A stretch of DNA of 49,705 nt from Chiloscyllium plagiosum (taxonomy: Eukaryota), in contig NC_057719.1 of NCBI RefSeq assembly GCF_004010195.1, positions 85,442,923 to 85,492,627 on the forward strand, read 5' to 3'. Below are positions 13,969 through 25,832 of the stretch, one piece after another. Each line of letters begins with the position of its first letter. Within the stretch, counting starts at the first letter, position 1. A program made the translations under genes and the position numbers. Below the pieces are notes generated by a model. The model was not told where the DNA came from. It searched no databases and worked only from the letters and a program-made list of their open reading frames with translations.

Positions 13969-15196
13969 GTAAGGACCTAGTCTTTTCTTCCACTGTTCTA
14001 AAAAATTACAAACAGGAATTGCTTTGAGTCTGGAATGAATTCTGTTAGAGACCGAATGGAAACAGTGTGATATAATTGTGTGAACGTTGTGAAATGTCCA
14101 CAAATACCATTGCCTTTGATCATTTTCTGAAGTTTTGCTTATTGGAGTAGTGGAAAATGCATTGCAAGCTATGAATTGTTAATGTTTTTGCTTCAGTGTT
14201 ATAAAGATTAGTTCAGAAAAATGAATTTCCTTCAACTTAAAAAATCACATTACTTAATTTTCTAAATTGTTAAATTTCCTGAGTAATTGAGGCAAAATTT
14301 AACAAATGCTTTCTTAGTTTTGATTAAACATGGATGTGACAAGTTTGTCCTTCATAAATAGCAAGTCTGATAAGAGTTGAGTCCAAAGCCAAGTTCTTGT
14401 AGGTTTCAGAACTTCTTACTGGTGGCAAAATCTCCAGATTCTGTCAACTTCTAAGTATAGCCTTGCTTCTTGTGTCAAACCTTAGAGCGGTAAACACAGA
14501 AAATGCTGGAGAAACTCAGCAGGTCTGGCAGCATTTGTGCAGAGAAACAGGAGTTAATGCTAAAATGCTAGTTTCTTCAGCATTTTGTTTTCCTTAGTTT
14601 TCCAGTATTACAATATTTTGGTTTTATTTAACCTTAGAGAGATTCTTTTCTTAAATAACTTAGTATGACATTCATTTGTTTACCTTTGTTACTAGTAATA
14701 TATTCTATTTTGCGCTGAGGTTTTATTGTCATTGGTCAGACATAGCTCCTGAACTTCTGCAGTATTTGCCTGTTTCCCAGTCCAAGCATCCTTTGGACTA
14801 TCCTGGATTAGAATCATAGAGTTGAACAGCACTGAAACAGACCCTTTGATCCAGATCATCCATACTGATCAGATATCCTAAATTAATCTAGTCCTGTTTG
14901 CCAGAATTTAGCCCGTATCCCTTTTAAACATTTCCTGTTCATGTAACCATCCAGATTATCAGGTTAATGCTGACTGAGCAGTTGTATATCAAGGACTGGG
15001 TTAAGAATGTTCATTTTCACACAAAGTTCTTCAATCGTAATTCATAATGAGGCTTTCATCCCAGCAGCCTAAATAGAGGCCAGTTTCACAACAATGAAGG
15101 CTTTGCCTACCATATCCCAAGTTCACTTTCTTAGCTGTCTGCAAATTCCAGTTGCAAGTTAAGCTGAAGTCTGTTTGTTTATTTTTACTGTTGTAG

Positions 15197-15305
15197 AGTT
15201 ATCAGGGTCCTGATACTAGGACTCAGACGGAACAAGTCAATGACCTCTTCAAACAAATGTCAGAAGAAGCAGCCTTAGATCAAAAGTACGGCCCTGGTCT
15301 TGAAG
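15197..15305 (+). CDS. ZFYVE19: ZFYVE19 exon (SYQGPDTRTQTEQVNDLFKQMSEEAALDQKYGPGLE), probable GC donor
   Basis: ttgtag acceptor, conserved PDTRTQ; the next exon needs phase 1, which AAG|GCAAGT provides. Confidence 0.85.
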
Positions 15306-16682
15306 GCAAGTTTTAAGAAAAATCTTCTGTTCAGTCTTTTCCTGTGCCTTTCTTTTGAGTTTCTTGAATTCCAAAAGTTTGAGGGCGTCAATGAAATGGC
15401 CACTCATAAAACCAGTGAGGATTCAGGAGAAAGTTCTTTAACAAGGGAACACTCAAGATTGTCAAAGATGCTGCCATGGGGGTATTTGAAGTGGTTAGCT
15501 TGGAGTGCTTAATAGGCAGCAAGGTGTTGTGAATGAGGGATAAAACAATGAAAAATCAGGCTGTAGTAAGTGGGAGGAGGTTTCCAGGAATAGAACTGTT
15601 GGACTGTTGCTTACTGGTGCTCTCTAGTCTTTCACGAATTCATTTCAAGAATCCTTTCTCTGTACAAGTTTTGTTTAAAAAAATTCTTTATTAATCTTAA
15701 TATTCTCTGCTTGCGAATATGACCAAGGCAGATTGCTATATTCCCTGTCTGAAATTAAGAGAAGCATGAAGAAAGAGCCAGTTTATTCTTGTTGAATGCA
15801 AAGAAAAACTGAGTCTAGTTCTCTTAATTGGGACAGTGGAGTTTCACACCCCACCCTCTTTCCCAATGCTCCATGCTGTTGCATGTTAATTGATGCACCA
15901 TTCTGTCCTAATTCTCCCTGCAGATATTATTTTTCATCATTTAATTCCCTTATTGAATGTGTTAGCATACTTACTAGCAATGTCACAGGTGCGAGCAGTC
16001 ACTGGTCATTATTCATTGTGAATGGCAACTATTTTTCACCAGTGAGCAGCAGTCATCATTGTTGTGTGATTTTCTGTGTCTGTTGTTGAGTGGCTGTTAG
16101 AAGCTGGAGGCCTAGTTAGTTAGTTCTTGTTATTATCCTGACCACAGGAATTATTATGTCTAGTTGCAGGGTTCCATTTATTGCCTTTTTCTTTTATCAA
16201 TTAACTGGCACAGACTGAAATAAAACTTGAGTCTCTTCTGGGTTGTATAGCTCAATACTTAACCAGGCAATATATTTTCACATGGGAAAACTTCTAATTT
16301 CCTGTAATTCTTTTAATTGGCCATTGTGAAACAAGGCACGTGCAATGTTGCACATGTAATATGAACAAAGGAATGGGAATACATTGCCTGCATGTGTTTG
16401 TGATCAATTTCTCAATCTATTGTGGTGCAATAAGGAGAGACATATCGGCACAAAGTTTTAGGTGCACTGTTCCTAACTATCCTTTGTAGCCGAGAACTTG
16501 CCCTGCAGAAAGTTGAATATTTGTCATAACTGGACTTCTGTGCTGAGATTCCTTTACCATTCAGTAAATGTTAAGGGAGGATGCCACTGGGAATCAAAAT
16601 GTTTGTGTAATCACGGAGAAAAACCAAAGGATGCTGCAAATCCTTTCAGACCTATTATGTTGATTGAACTGTTGACCCAAAT

Positions 16683-16856
16683 CAGAGGAACCTCGATTAT
16701 CCAAAGGACATGGGCAAGCAGTATTTAGTTTGGTTAATCAAATTCCGGATAATCGAACACCGGATAACATTGTTTAGCCGAGCATCGGGACCTTGCGATC
16801 TTGCCGGCTAATCCGACATTCGGATAATTGAATGCTGGATGATCGAGGTTCTTCTG
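16683..16856. mobile_element. MITE, Tc1/mariner-pogo (Tigger)-like termini
   Basis: 20-bp imperfect TIRs cagaggaacctcgattatcc / ggatgatcgaggttcttctg; TA on the right flank only. Confidence 0.65.
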
Positions 16857-17515
16857 TAAACTGCTTCTGCCTTTTTTCCTGTGGGCAGGTGCACTGGGTA
16901 TATTGGTACTAAGTTTCACTTACATGTCTGATTTCAGGGCACTCTGCATTGGGTTCACAATTGGTTGCACAATTCCCATCACGTCATAGTACAGTGAATT
17001 GGAGTGTAGTGCCTGAACATCAGTAAGAAAAACTCCACATATACAGTTCTGTTCATGTAGTATCTTGCTTGGACAATGTGAACCTTGTCTACATCACTCA
17101 GCATTGTGAACATTGACCTCAATAGTCATTCATTAACAAAAACATGAAACAAATGCCTTAATTGCCTTTGGTCACCAGCTTTCCCATTGAGTTGTATGAT
17201 TACTCGAATGACCTGTTTAAAACAGCCATATTGACCTGTGTTGAACCCTCTGTGGGTTGTGGTTGGATGCTGCAATTGTATCTCCACCTTCATTAAATCC
17301 TGATGGTGACCTATTAAACCCTGCTAAAAAGGACACTTACCTGAGTGCTCAGTGAGGATAGTACCTTTTGACTTTAATGACTATTGCAGCAGAAGTGTGT
17401 GCACATGCCCATATTTGAACCTTATGTGACAACTGTGTTGGCTGAAAGTCACAGATTCTACACAGGCTAACACACTTGTCCAAAATCTCTAAGCAACATT
17501 TATGTTTGATTATAG

Positions 17516-17722
17516 ATGGTGAGATGAATGACCTGAATAAAGGAATTGATCCACGTAATTTCAACAATGCAGCCGACAATAACACCAAAAGCTTTGAGGA
17601 AGAGAAGAGTAATCTGCTGGACCAGGCAACAGCGGAGCTGAAGCAGGACAATTTGCACAAGGAGCAAGTTTCAAAGATCTCCCAGAGACTGGCCACACTG
17701 AAAGGAGAAGACACCAAAGCTG
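17516..17722 (+). CDS. ZFYVE19: ZFYVE19 exon (GEMNDLNKG...FEEEKSNLLDQATAELKQDN...ISQRLATLKGEDTKA)
   Basis: tatag acceptor, GTGAGT donor, phase 1-1; lies inside ORF 17476..17754. Confidence 0.9.
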
Positions 17723-19409
17723 GTGAGTGCAGATTGGTTTGGATGAGCTTCTAAAACAAAAAAATTACTCTTTGCGTGTGATTGCTACTGGCAATGCCAT
17801 TTCTGTCTCCCTGAGGCTGTGGAAACAGATTTTCTCTTGGGATTGCTGCAATGCTGCAAAGTATTTGGAAGGCAGAAGGGTGCGGTTTTTTTGTATCCAG
17901 TGACTGAAGCACAGTGAAATGTGGAGGTGCAGGAACAAAGTATTTCCTCTCCCCTGTTCAATTTTCCACAGTGTTCAAGAGCCTATAAAACATGTGTGTT
18001 TAGACACTCTATTGACTAGTTATTCTATTGTATAATGTGCACTTTTCTGTAGGTTATCTAATGGTTTTTAGGTGCTGCTTGTCCATTGCTCTCATCTGCA
18101 AGAGTTGAGTTCAACTGATCCAGTAACAACTGAGAACTTAACTTTGGGTTTACTGCAAAGCTCAAGTTACAAAGACACCTAGGAGCATACAATGTAAATG
18201 TTTTTTTCAATTTGTATTGAATTTCTAAATGAAATCACATACAATTATCTAATGTCTAAAGCCATTTTACCTGTTCATAACTTATGACAGTTTTGAATAG
18301 GCTTTGATTATGCAGTCCTAGTTGGAGACAGTGATACATTCAGGTATTTAGTTCAATATGTATATGAAGGGGATTGACCTTTCCTTTAGGTATAGGGTCT
18401 TCACGTTTCGTGGTCAGCTGGTGGATTGCAGTAGTATCTGCTGAGAGCCAGACTACTTCACATTTCTACTGCTCCAGGTGGGAGCTGAATATCACTCATT
18501 CATTCTGCTCATCTTACACTTAATTCAGCTTATTGGGAAATACTGCCCTTTACCATAGTGTGCAGAGCAGTACAACATAGGTGAGGATGCACCTTCCTCC
18601 AGGTACTGAGAATGGTGTGACATAATCATTGTTGAGGCTCTCAGTCTGCAGTGATCACGCCCAACGTGCCCTGAACTTGGCCTTCTGGGTTGCCAGAATA
18701 TCATGGGTATAGTGGCAACAATCCAGATGCAGACTTAATGATACTGTGCATTGGAGGATGTCTCTCTGATCATAGTCAGAGGGATTTAAAACAATAGAAC
18801 TTGAGTGCAATATACCACATTTAGCTGGTCTGAGGACTTGTTTTGCAGGTATTCAAATTTATATTGGGGCCTACAACTAATTGCCTCATCGTAAGAAACT
18901 GAAGTATTGCTAAAAGGAGGCAAGAGGTTGAAGCATTTCATCTGGCATTGATTAGAACTGGGATGCAAGAAACTGACTTGAAAAAGGAGCATCTTTTTAT
19001 GTTGTATGAGAAGAGGGTGCTGATTGGTCAGGCCATCGTTGGCTTGGAGATACAGCAAGTTACCTGTCACTCTTAATCCTGAGACCAATCAGGTAGATTC
19101 TGGTTAGTCAGGATGTTGCCATAGGGATGCAGTGGAGAAGTGGAAATTTAAAAGCAGAATTCATATGATTCTTGTGCACCACATATTAGTTCAGTGTACA
19201 GAAGCTGTGGTAAAAGTGACATTCACTGAACAGTGAAATTTTGTCAGCAGTGAATTGAGTGATCCAGAATTGAGACAATACTGCTGGGTTAGTGAGTGTG
19301 ATACCATCACTGCCAATGTACATTTCTGCAAATACACAAGAGCAATGATAAAAGACTGTAGTAAATGGATTGCAGACTCATGGATGGTTTCTACTTTCTG
19401 TCATCATAG

Positions 19410-19489
19410 CTGTCGTTGACTGGAAATATGCTGAGCTGGACAGTGATGAAGAAAATGAAGAGCTGCTTAGCCAGCGAATTCTGAAACAG
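19410..19489 (+). CDS. ZFYVE19: ZFYVE19 exon (VVDWKYAELDSDEENEELLSQRILKQ)
   Basis: catag acceptor, CAG|GTCTGA donor, phase 1-0; acidic DSDEE motif. Confidence 0.88.
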
Positions 19490-19764
19490 GTCTGATTTGC
19501 AGTGTTTTGAGGTAATTTTTTGTGTGTCTTTAAACCTGCAGAAGGGCTCAGTTTAAGTGAGGAATAAAAGATACAGGAGCCAGGCAAGATTTTAAAATTC
19601 TTCTCTTTGTTTCCAAATGCATTTGTGGTCTCCTTGCTCCTCTAGCAATACAGTAACCCTCTCCTTAAAGATATCTTGCACATCCCTCATTTTCAGTGCT
19701 CGACCTCTTCCACTGCAAGCTAATCTCCCCAAGTTTTTTTATTTGAAACATTTGAACAGCAGAA

Positions 19765-20461
19765 ACTTTCCAACAAGCACCAAGACATGGCTTGGATGGT
19801 GGTGAGAAGGGCTCTGCCTGTGAGATCCTTTATGCACACCTGGACTTTCTGCCGCATCGCACGCTGCCCTCAAAGTGGCTGCAGTGGGGACGAGACTATC
19901 ACACACCTCCTTTTGGAATGTGCCTATGCAGAGGAAGTCTGGAGAGGAATGCAGTGGTGTTTGTCGAGGTTCGTCCCGAGCAGCGCTGTGACGCGGGACT
20001 CCGTGCTCTACGGCCTGTTCCCCGAGACGGACACTGAGACAAACATCAACTGCGCCTGGAGGATATCAACTCAGTGAAGGACGCTCTCTGGGCGGTCCGA
20101 AACCTGTTGATGTTCCAGCTAAAGGAGTTGACCCCAACTGAGTGTTGCAGACTGGCACATTCCAAGGTCCAGGACTACATGTTGAGGAACGCACTGAAGC
20201 TTGGGGCAGCTGCCGCCAAGGCGCAGTGGGGAAAGACCACCATGTAACATCTGCCTGCCTAAGAAGAACAGGGAGCCCATGCAGTCATTTGGGCTCCGCT
20301 GGCGCCTCAGCTAAAAATGTAATCGTACAGACCTGTAAGTAGGAATGATTACTCTGTTTCGGTATGCAAAGAAATGGAATGTTTACATATGTATGGCATG
20401 TCCAATTGTATAGATCATCAAAATATTTTATGAATAAAGTATATTTTTGAAATTAAAAAAA
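19765..20461 (+). mobile_element. Tx1/L1-clade LINE 3' fragment in a ZFYVE19 intron
   Basis: zf-RVT-like CPQSGCSGDETITHLLLECAYAEEVW, AATAAA and A-tail, perfect 15-bp TSD atttgaacagcagaa at 19750-19764 and 20462-20476. Confidence 0.85.
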
Positions 20462-20612
20462 ATTTGAACAGCAGAATCATTGTTAGGTTTCATAAGCACT
20501 GTTAGAACAGGTACATTTCTTCATCAATGATTTCCTATAAGCTGCCAATAAATGATCAGTTCCTGTTAAAATAATGTTTTCTGTACACTGAATGCATTCC
20601 TTATGCTTCTAG

Positions 20613-20705
20613 GTTAATGAAGAAATTGCCCTGGATGAAGCAAGTGGTTATAACATCCCTCTAGAGCGACCTAAGCCAGCTCAGGCCACACCGGCTGGGA
20701 AGAAG
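20613..20705 (+). CDS. ZFYVE19: ZFYVE19 exon (VNEEIALDEASGYNIPLERPKPAQATPAGKK)
   Basis: ttctag acceptor, AAG|GTAATG donor, phase 0-0; conserved LDEASG.NIP. Confidence 0.92.
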
Positions 20706-21487
20706 GTAATGTACATAAATGGAAATCAAAGTAAATATATGTTTATCTCTATTACTGATGTTGCTCATCTGTTTGACCAGATTTCGCACTAATTCAGTGT
20801 TCCTTTTGATGCTTCTGATGCCTTTTCAGCTAAGGTTAAATTAGTAATATAGGTGTGAAAAAAAACTTCAGACAGGCAGGAATGATGTTAAATGAAATGA
20901 GTTTGCCACTGGAAACTGCCTTAAAGCAATGCCATGTGTCAACTGCACAGAATTGCCTCAGTCTTGTCATCAGTTGGCAATACCTGTTTGGACACAGGGC
21001 GAGTCTAAGAACCAGAAGTTTTAGAGACAAGCCAGTTCCTTCTTAACAAATTATTCTTATCAGCTGGACTTCCCAACATGCCTGTTGTCCATCTCTCTCA
21101 ACTACTGCGACTAATGTTCCTTAACCCACTTTTAGCATTACCATCTCCATAACCACCTCCTATTCTATGACCCTTTGAGATGTCTGTGCTTGTCCAATTC
21201 TGCCTTCTGATGTATCCTCGATTTTAATCGCTCCACTATTTGGCAGCCATATGTTCAGCTGCTTATGTCCAAAGCTTGTATTAAGTCCTATTCTTTCTCT
21301 ATCCTCTTTCCATCCTCTCAGGCCCTCTTTAAAACTTGCATCTCATTTCCCTTGTGTGATTTGATACCATTTTATTTTTCATCCCACTCCAATAAGGCAC
21401 CTTTGAATGCTTTACTTTGATAAAGCTGACATATAAATACAGGCTGTTTGCTATAAGTACTTCTGACTTTGTATCTCTCTCTCTCAG

Positions 21488-21627
21488 TTGCAGTCGACAC
21501 CCACAGTGCCAACTGCTGAGGCAACAGACAGTGATGAGGAACTGCCTTGGTGCTGCATCTGCAATAGTGATGCTGTGATCCGTTGTCGTGACTGCGATGG
21601 AGACCTCTACTGCCAGAGATGTTTCAG
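21488..21627 (+). CDS. ZFYVE19: ZFYVE19 exon, B-box-like zinc finger (..[33 protein letters not shown])
   Basis: (CT)n-cag acceptor (alternative in-frame CAG gives start 21494), AG|GTAAGA donor, phase 0-2. Confidence 0.93.
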
Positions 21628-21956
21628 GTAAGAATGATTGTGTGCTACACCTCACTTACTGTTCCAGAATGACATGTTGAAACTGCCTACTACTTGTCAC
21701 CACGATTGAAGAAGCATAGTTTTATCATCATTCATTTAGAACTTGCCATAATGGTTGCTGGAATTTATCCACGCAACATAAAATCAAGACAGAGGCCAAT
21801 TCTAGTCATTGAAAAGTACTGAGTCAATTGACATGAGCTTTTTTAGCATATTAACCGGAGATATTCTGCTTATACGCAATTTATTTCACTTATTTGCAAT
21901 CTTACTTGGTAATAAGGTAACTTTTAAACAATTATTGCGTCAATTTATCTCCACAG

Positions 21957-22029
21957 GGAGGGTCATGATAAATTTGAAAGAAAAGAACACAGAACATCCA
22001 AGTACCGTCCACCAAACAAGAAGAAATAA
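21957..22029 (+). CDS. ZFYVE19: ZFYVE19 last coding exon (EGHDKFERKEHRTSKYRPPNKKK*)
   Basis: ccacag acceptor, phase 2, TAA at 22027-22029. Confidence 0.92.
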
Positions 22030-22997
22030 CATCCACATCAACATCCTTGTGAAATCTCCCACCATCTGACACTAAGGAAGTTTGAACTAGATGTGAAAAT
22101 CTAGATTATAAATTAACACTGAGCAAGAACAAGTGTGACAGAAATTGCCCCATACAAATGATGCCATACATATTGATGTGCAGCAGCCAGCTCCTGACTG
22201 AGAAGCATCCAGCGTTGTCTTATTTTTTTGCAGTGTTCCTGGGAGTCTGCCGCACCATAAAATTTTTTTGTGGATTTTTTTATGCATGTCCACGGCAACA
22301 CCTTATCTCGGGACCTCTTTTCATTTGGAAATGTTGTGCATTAACAGATTAAATGACGCTCAGTTTACAATCCTGAATCCAATTTTGAATATGTTAATTA
22401 GAGATAAAAGGATACAAGCAGAGGTTTATATTGGAGCTCACTGAAATCAGTGTTGGTTAACAGAATGAAATTGTACTATAACTTGACAAATTTAAATATG
22501 TACACACTATTGAAAATAATGTTTGCCCTCCCTCAGCAGTCATTTGTAACAGACCGATATTTTCTTAATGGAAATAGATTACAACTACGTTTCTTTTTTT
22601 TTGAAAGCTACAAAGATTTTTAATCCTCAGTCGTCACCATGCTGTGGGTCATCTGTTCTCCTTTTCCATGAATACCAATTTCACGACCAACTATTGGGAG
22701 AAATGTGCAAATGAGTCTTATACAATATGACCCCGTCCCTCTGTTTTCATTTCCATTCTTTTCACATGAGTATGTTTGGTTCCTACTTATGCTTTTGCAT
22801 AGCGCCAGCTGTTGTTGTAATGACCTTCAGTAAGTGGCCAATCCGTCTTGGTCACACTACTTAAATAAGTTACATGTCACCTTTACTGAACTCATCTCCT
22901 GAATACAGAAAGCTCTAGAGCTGTTTAGGAGGCAATCTACTAATTCCAAATCTGATAACATATTTGTGTATTTAAGTACTGACAAGCAAAGATTCAC

Positions 22998-23003
22998 AAT
23001 AAA
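22998..23003 (+). promoter_or_regulatory. Candidate polyadenylation signal of ZFYVE19
   Basis: AATAAA about 1 kb after the stop codon, followed by a G/T-rich tract (gctgtgatctctgttt); the intervening 3' UTR has no recognisable repeats. Confidence 0.45.
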
Positions 23004-23362
23004 ACAACATTTTAAGAGGAAAAAGCTGTGATCTCTGTTTCCAAATTTATGTAATGCTAGGAGTGCGTGTACCAATGTCTATTGAAAATTGGACTGTTAA
23101 CTAAATAACGCTACCTCCTAAGGATTTATAAGGTCACAGCTCGCATGACAGCACGCTATAGTCCAACAGGTTTATTTGAAATCATGAGCTTTTCATAGTT
23201 TTGAAACCCCATTCCATGTAATTCTAATGACCGCTATCTCAATGATTGCAAGAAGTATTATCCTACTCAGTGCAATTCTATATTAAGAAGCAAAGTAATT
23301 TTAAGCGAAAAATCCATGCATTAAATGGTCAGAGTAAGTTTACCCAACAGTTTAAAAAAGCA

Positions 23363-23591
23363 GAGTCGAGAGTGTGGTGCTGGACAACATAGCAGGTCAG
23401 GCAGCTTCAGAGGAGCAGGAGAATTGACGTTCTGGGTACAGGCCCTTCATCAGGGCAGATCATTCCTGATGAAGGGCTTATGCCCAAAAGATTGATTTTC
23501 CTGCTCCTCGGATGCTGACTGACCTGGTGTGCTTTTCCAGCACCACACTTTTGACTCTGATCTCCAGCATCTGCAGACCTCACTTTCTCCT
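23363..23591 (+). mobile_element. Older Penelope-derived palindromic insertion
   Basis: Imperfect inverted arms centred near 23458; CTGATGAAGGGCTTATGCCC core; TSD agtttaaaaa(a/g)gca at 23349-23362 and 23592-23605. Confidence 0.8.
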
Positions 23592-23815
23592 AGTTTAAAA
23601 AGGCAATAACAGTTCAAATTCCAAACCCAGTATTAGCTGGCGTATATGCATTGTGTCTTAGATGATAAACTGTGTTAGCTGCAACATTTTCAATGGCTTG
23701 ATTGGCATCGGGCCTAAATAGCAAAGCAGTGAAAAAGGAAATTTTTTTTTTAAAAAGCAGTAGGCATTCTGTTTTTCCAAACAGATCATGGCTAATCCTC
23801 TGAATAAAAATCAAA

Positions 23816-25832
23816 AGATCTGCAGATGCTGTAAATCAGAAACAAAAACAGAAATTGCTGGAAAAACTCAGCAAGTCTAGCAGTATCTGTGGAGAGAAAG
23901 CGAGAGTTTCCATTTCTGGTCTGGTGACCCTTCTTCAGGACTGATAGCCTGAAAGTAATATATGCAGAAGATAGGGTGTAAGGAGTAAATGGTTAGGTGG
24001 GTGTCGGAGAATTGTCCAATTATGAATAAAGCTTGTATGTGAATCTTGTGAAATTAACACACACTGGTTTATTTCATGACATCATGGGAAGAGAAACTGA
24101 CCGCACGTATGCAGAATGGTCACTGTACAGCTGAGTCTCAGCCTCTTTCCCCGAAGTACAGGCACATACAGTTTTTAAAGGGTTACAGGAGATCGATGCT
24201 ATTTGTAAGACAATACAGTTCTGATTACAGTTGATTGTTCTGTCCATTTCAAAAATGTCAAACTATGCTGAGGGTCTGGCAATATTGATCAGTTAAATAA
24301 TGGCAATAGGAGATTAGTTAATCTAAAGGCATCGATAACATAATCGGGAGTATTCTGCCCACAATAGTCCTATTAGGCTGTGGTCATCCTTATCAAGTAC
24401 CTTGGTGACATCTAGTCTGCAAGACTATTGTATTGGCTGGATTCCTGGAGAGGCAGGGAGGGCCTTCGGGGCTTCTGGAGGTGCAGTGTTATTGTGAGCT
24501 ACGGAATCCCATTAGCAGGTCTTTTTAGATAACTCCGCTGAGGTAATGGCTCGTTTACTTCAGTTCCTGAGTATAACTAATTTGAGGCACCAATGGCATT
24601 GTGGGTAGGCTCTCTTTTAGCTAGGGACAAACATGGTTTCCATACGCAAGTGGTCTGTAGGCCTTCTTCCACAGTGGGGATAGAGCGCAAAGAGAGTTGG
24701 ACTGACAAAGGAGTAGGGCAGAATGTAGATGTTCATCAAAGCGGTCACCCAGTCTATGTTTCGTTTCCCCAATGTAGAGGAGACCACATTATGAGCAGCG
24801 AATGCAGTAGAATAGATTGGCTACCAATATCCCGTATAAACCTACCAACTCCCACAGCTGCCTGAATCCTCGCACCCTACTTCCTGTAAAGACTCCATTC
24901 CATTCTCCTAGTTTCTCTGTCTTTGTCGCAAATGTTCTGACCAGGCCAACTAGGACAAGGGAATGTCCAAAATGTCCACCTTCTTCCTCAACCAAGGATT
25001 CCCTAGCACCATTGTCAATCGGGCCCTCAACTGGATTCAATCCATCTCCCACAATCTACCCTCACCCCCTCTCTTCCCTCCCACAACAATTATAGGTTCC
25101 CCTGTCCTTACCTACTGTCCCATCAGCATCCATATCTAGAAGATCATCAGCTACCAATTCAGCCATCTCAAGTGAGAAGCAGCACTTCACACAATCTACT
25201 CTACTGCATTCACTGCTCACAATACAGTCTCCTTTACACTGGGGAAGCAAAGCATAGACGGTGACCGCTTTGCTGAACATTTACGTTCTGCCTGCAAAAA
25301 TGACACTGAGCTTCCGCTTGTCTGCTACTTTAGCACACCACCCTGTTCCCTGGCTAAAGTCTCTGTCTTAGGCTTGCGAAGGTGTTCTAGTGAAGGCCAG
25401 TGCAAGCTGGAAGAACAAAACCTCATTTTCCATCTGGAGACCTTGCAGCGCTCTGGGCTCTATATATAAAGTTCAATAATTTTAGGGCCTGAACTTTCCT
25501 ATGTCCTAGCCCATACCCCACACACCCGACCTTGCTATCATATAGTCTACCTATTGGTAGCCACTAACAGTCCCCATTAAGAGCTCTTTACCCTCCTAGC
25601 CAGGTTGTTATCTACTCCTTTGCTTATCCAACTGCTCCTCTCTTTGGATTCTATCCCCACCTCTCGCTTATTCCTTACCCCCTTCTTCACCCTATCTTCT
25701 GCATATTAACTGACATTTTCCTAGCTACCATCAGTTCTGAGGAAGGGTCACTGCACCTGAAATGCTAACTCTGATTTCTCTTCACAGATGCTGCCAGACC
25801 TGCTGAGCTTTTCCAGCAACTCCTGTTTTTGT
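23816..25832 (+). mobile_element. Degenerate Penelope-like element (inverted terminal part plus direct RT/GIY-YIG remnant), interrupted by a solo LTR
   Basis: YTGEAK..DRFAEH GIY-YIG remnant near 25235-25280; decayed hammerhead at about 25733-25772; 23816-24001 and 24674-24820 are inverted copies of its 3' part. Confidence 0.7.
24002..24673. mobile_element. Solo LTR (672 bp)
   Basis: TGT...ACA termini, 5-bp TSD GTGGG at 23997-24001 and 24674-24678; the host repeat resumes after it. Confidence 0.75.

Larger units (their letters stand above)
7484..22029 (+). other. ZFYVE19: ZFYVE19 (ANCHR, abscission/NoCut checkpoint regulator) gene span, 10 coding exons visible, 5'-partial
   Basis: Exons of 122+54+152+146+109+207+80+93+140+73 = 1176 nt splice in phase into one ORF ending in TAA. 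The ORF has an N-terminal FYVE-type zinc finger, RLxxLK (MIM-like) helices and a C-terminal B-box-like [30 protein letters not shown] motif, matching the remembered vertebrate ZFYVE19 sequence. Confidence 0.95.
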
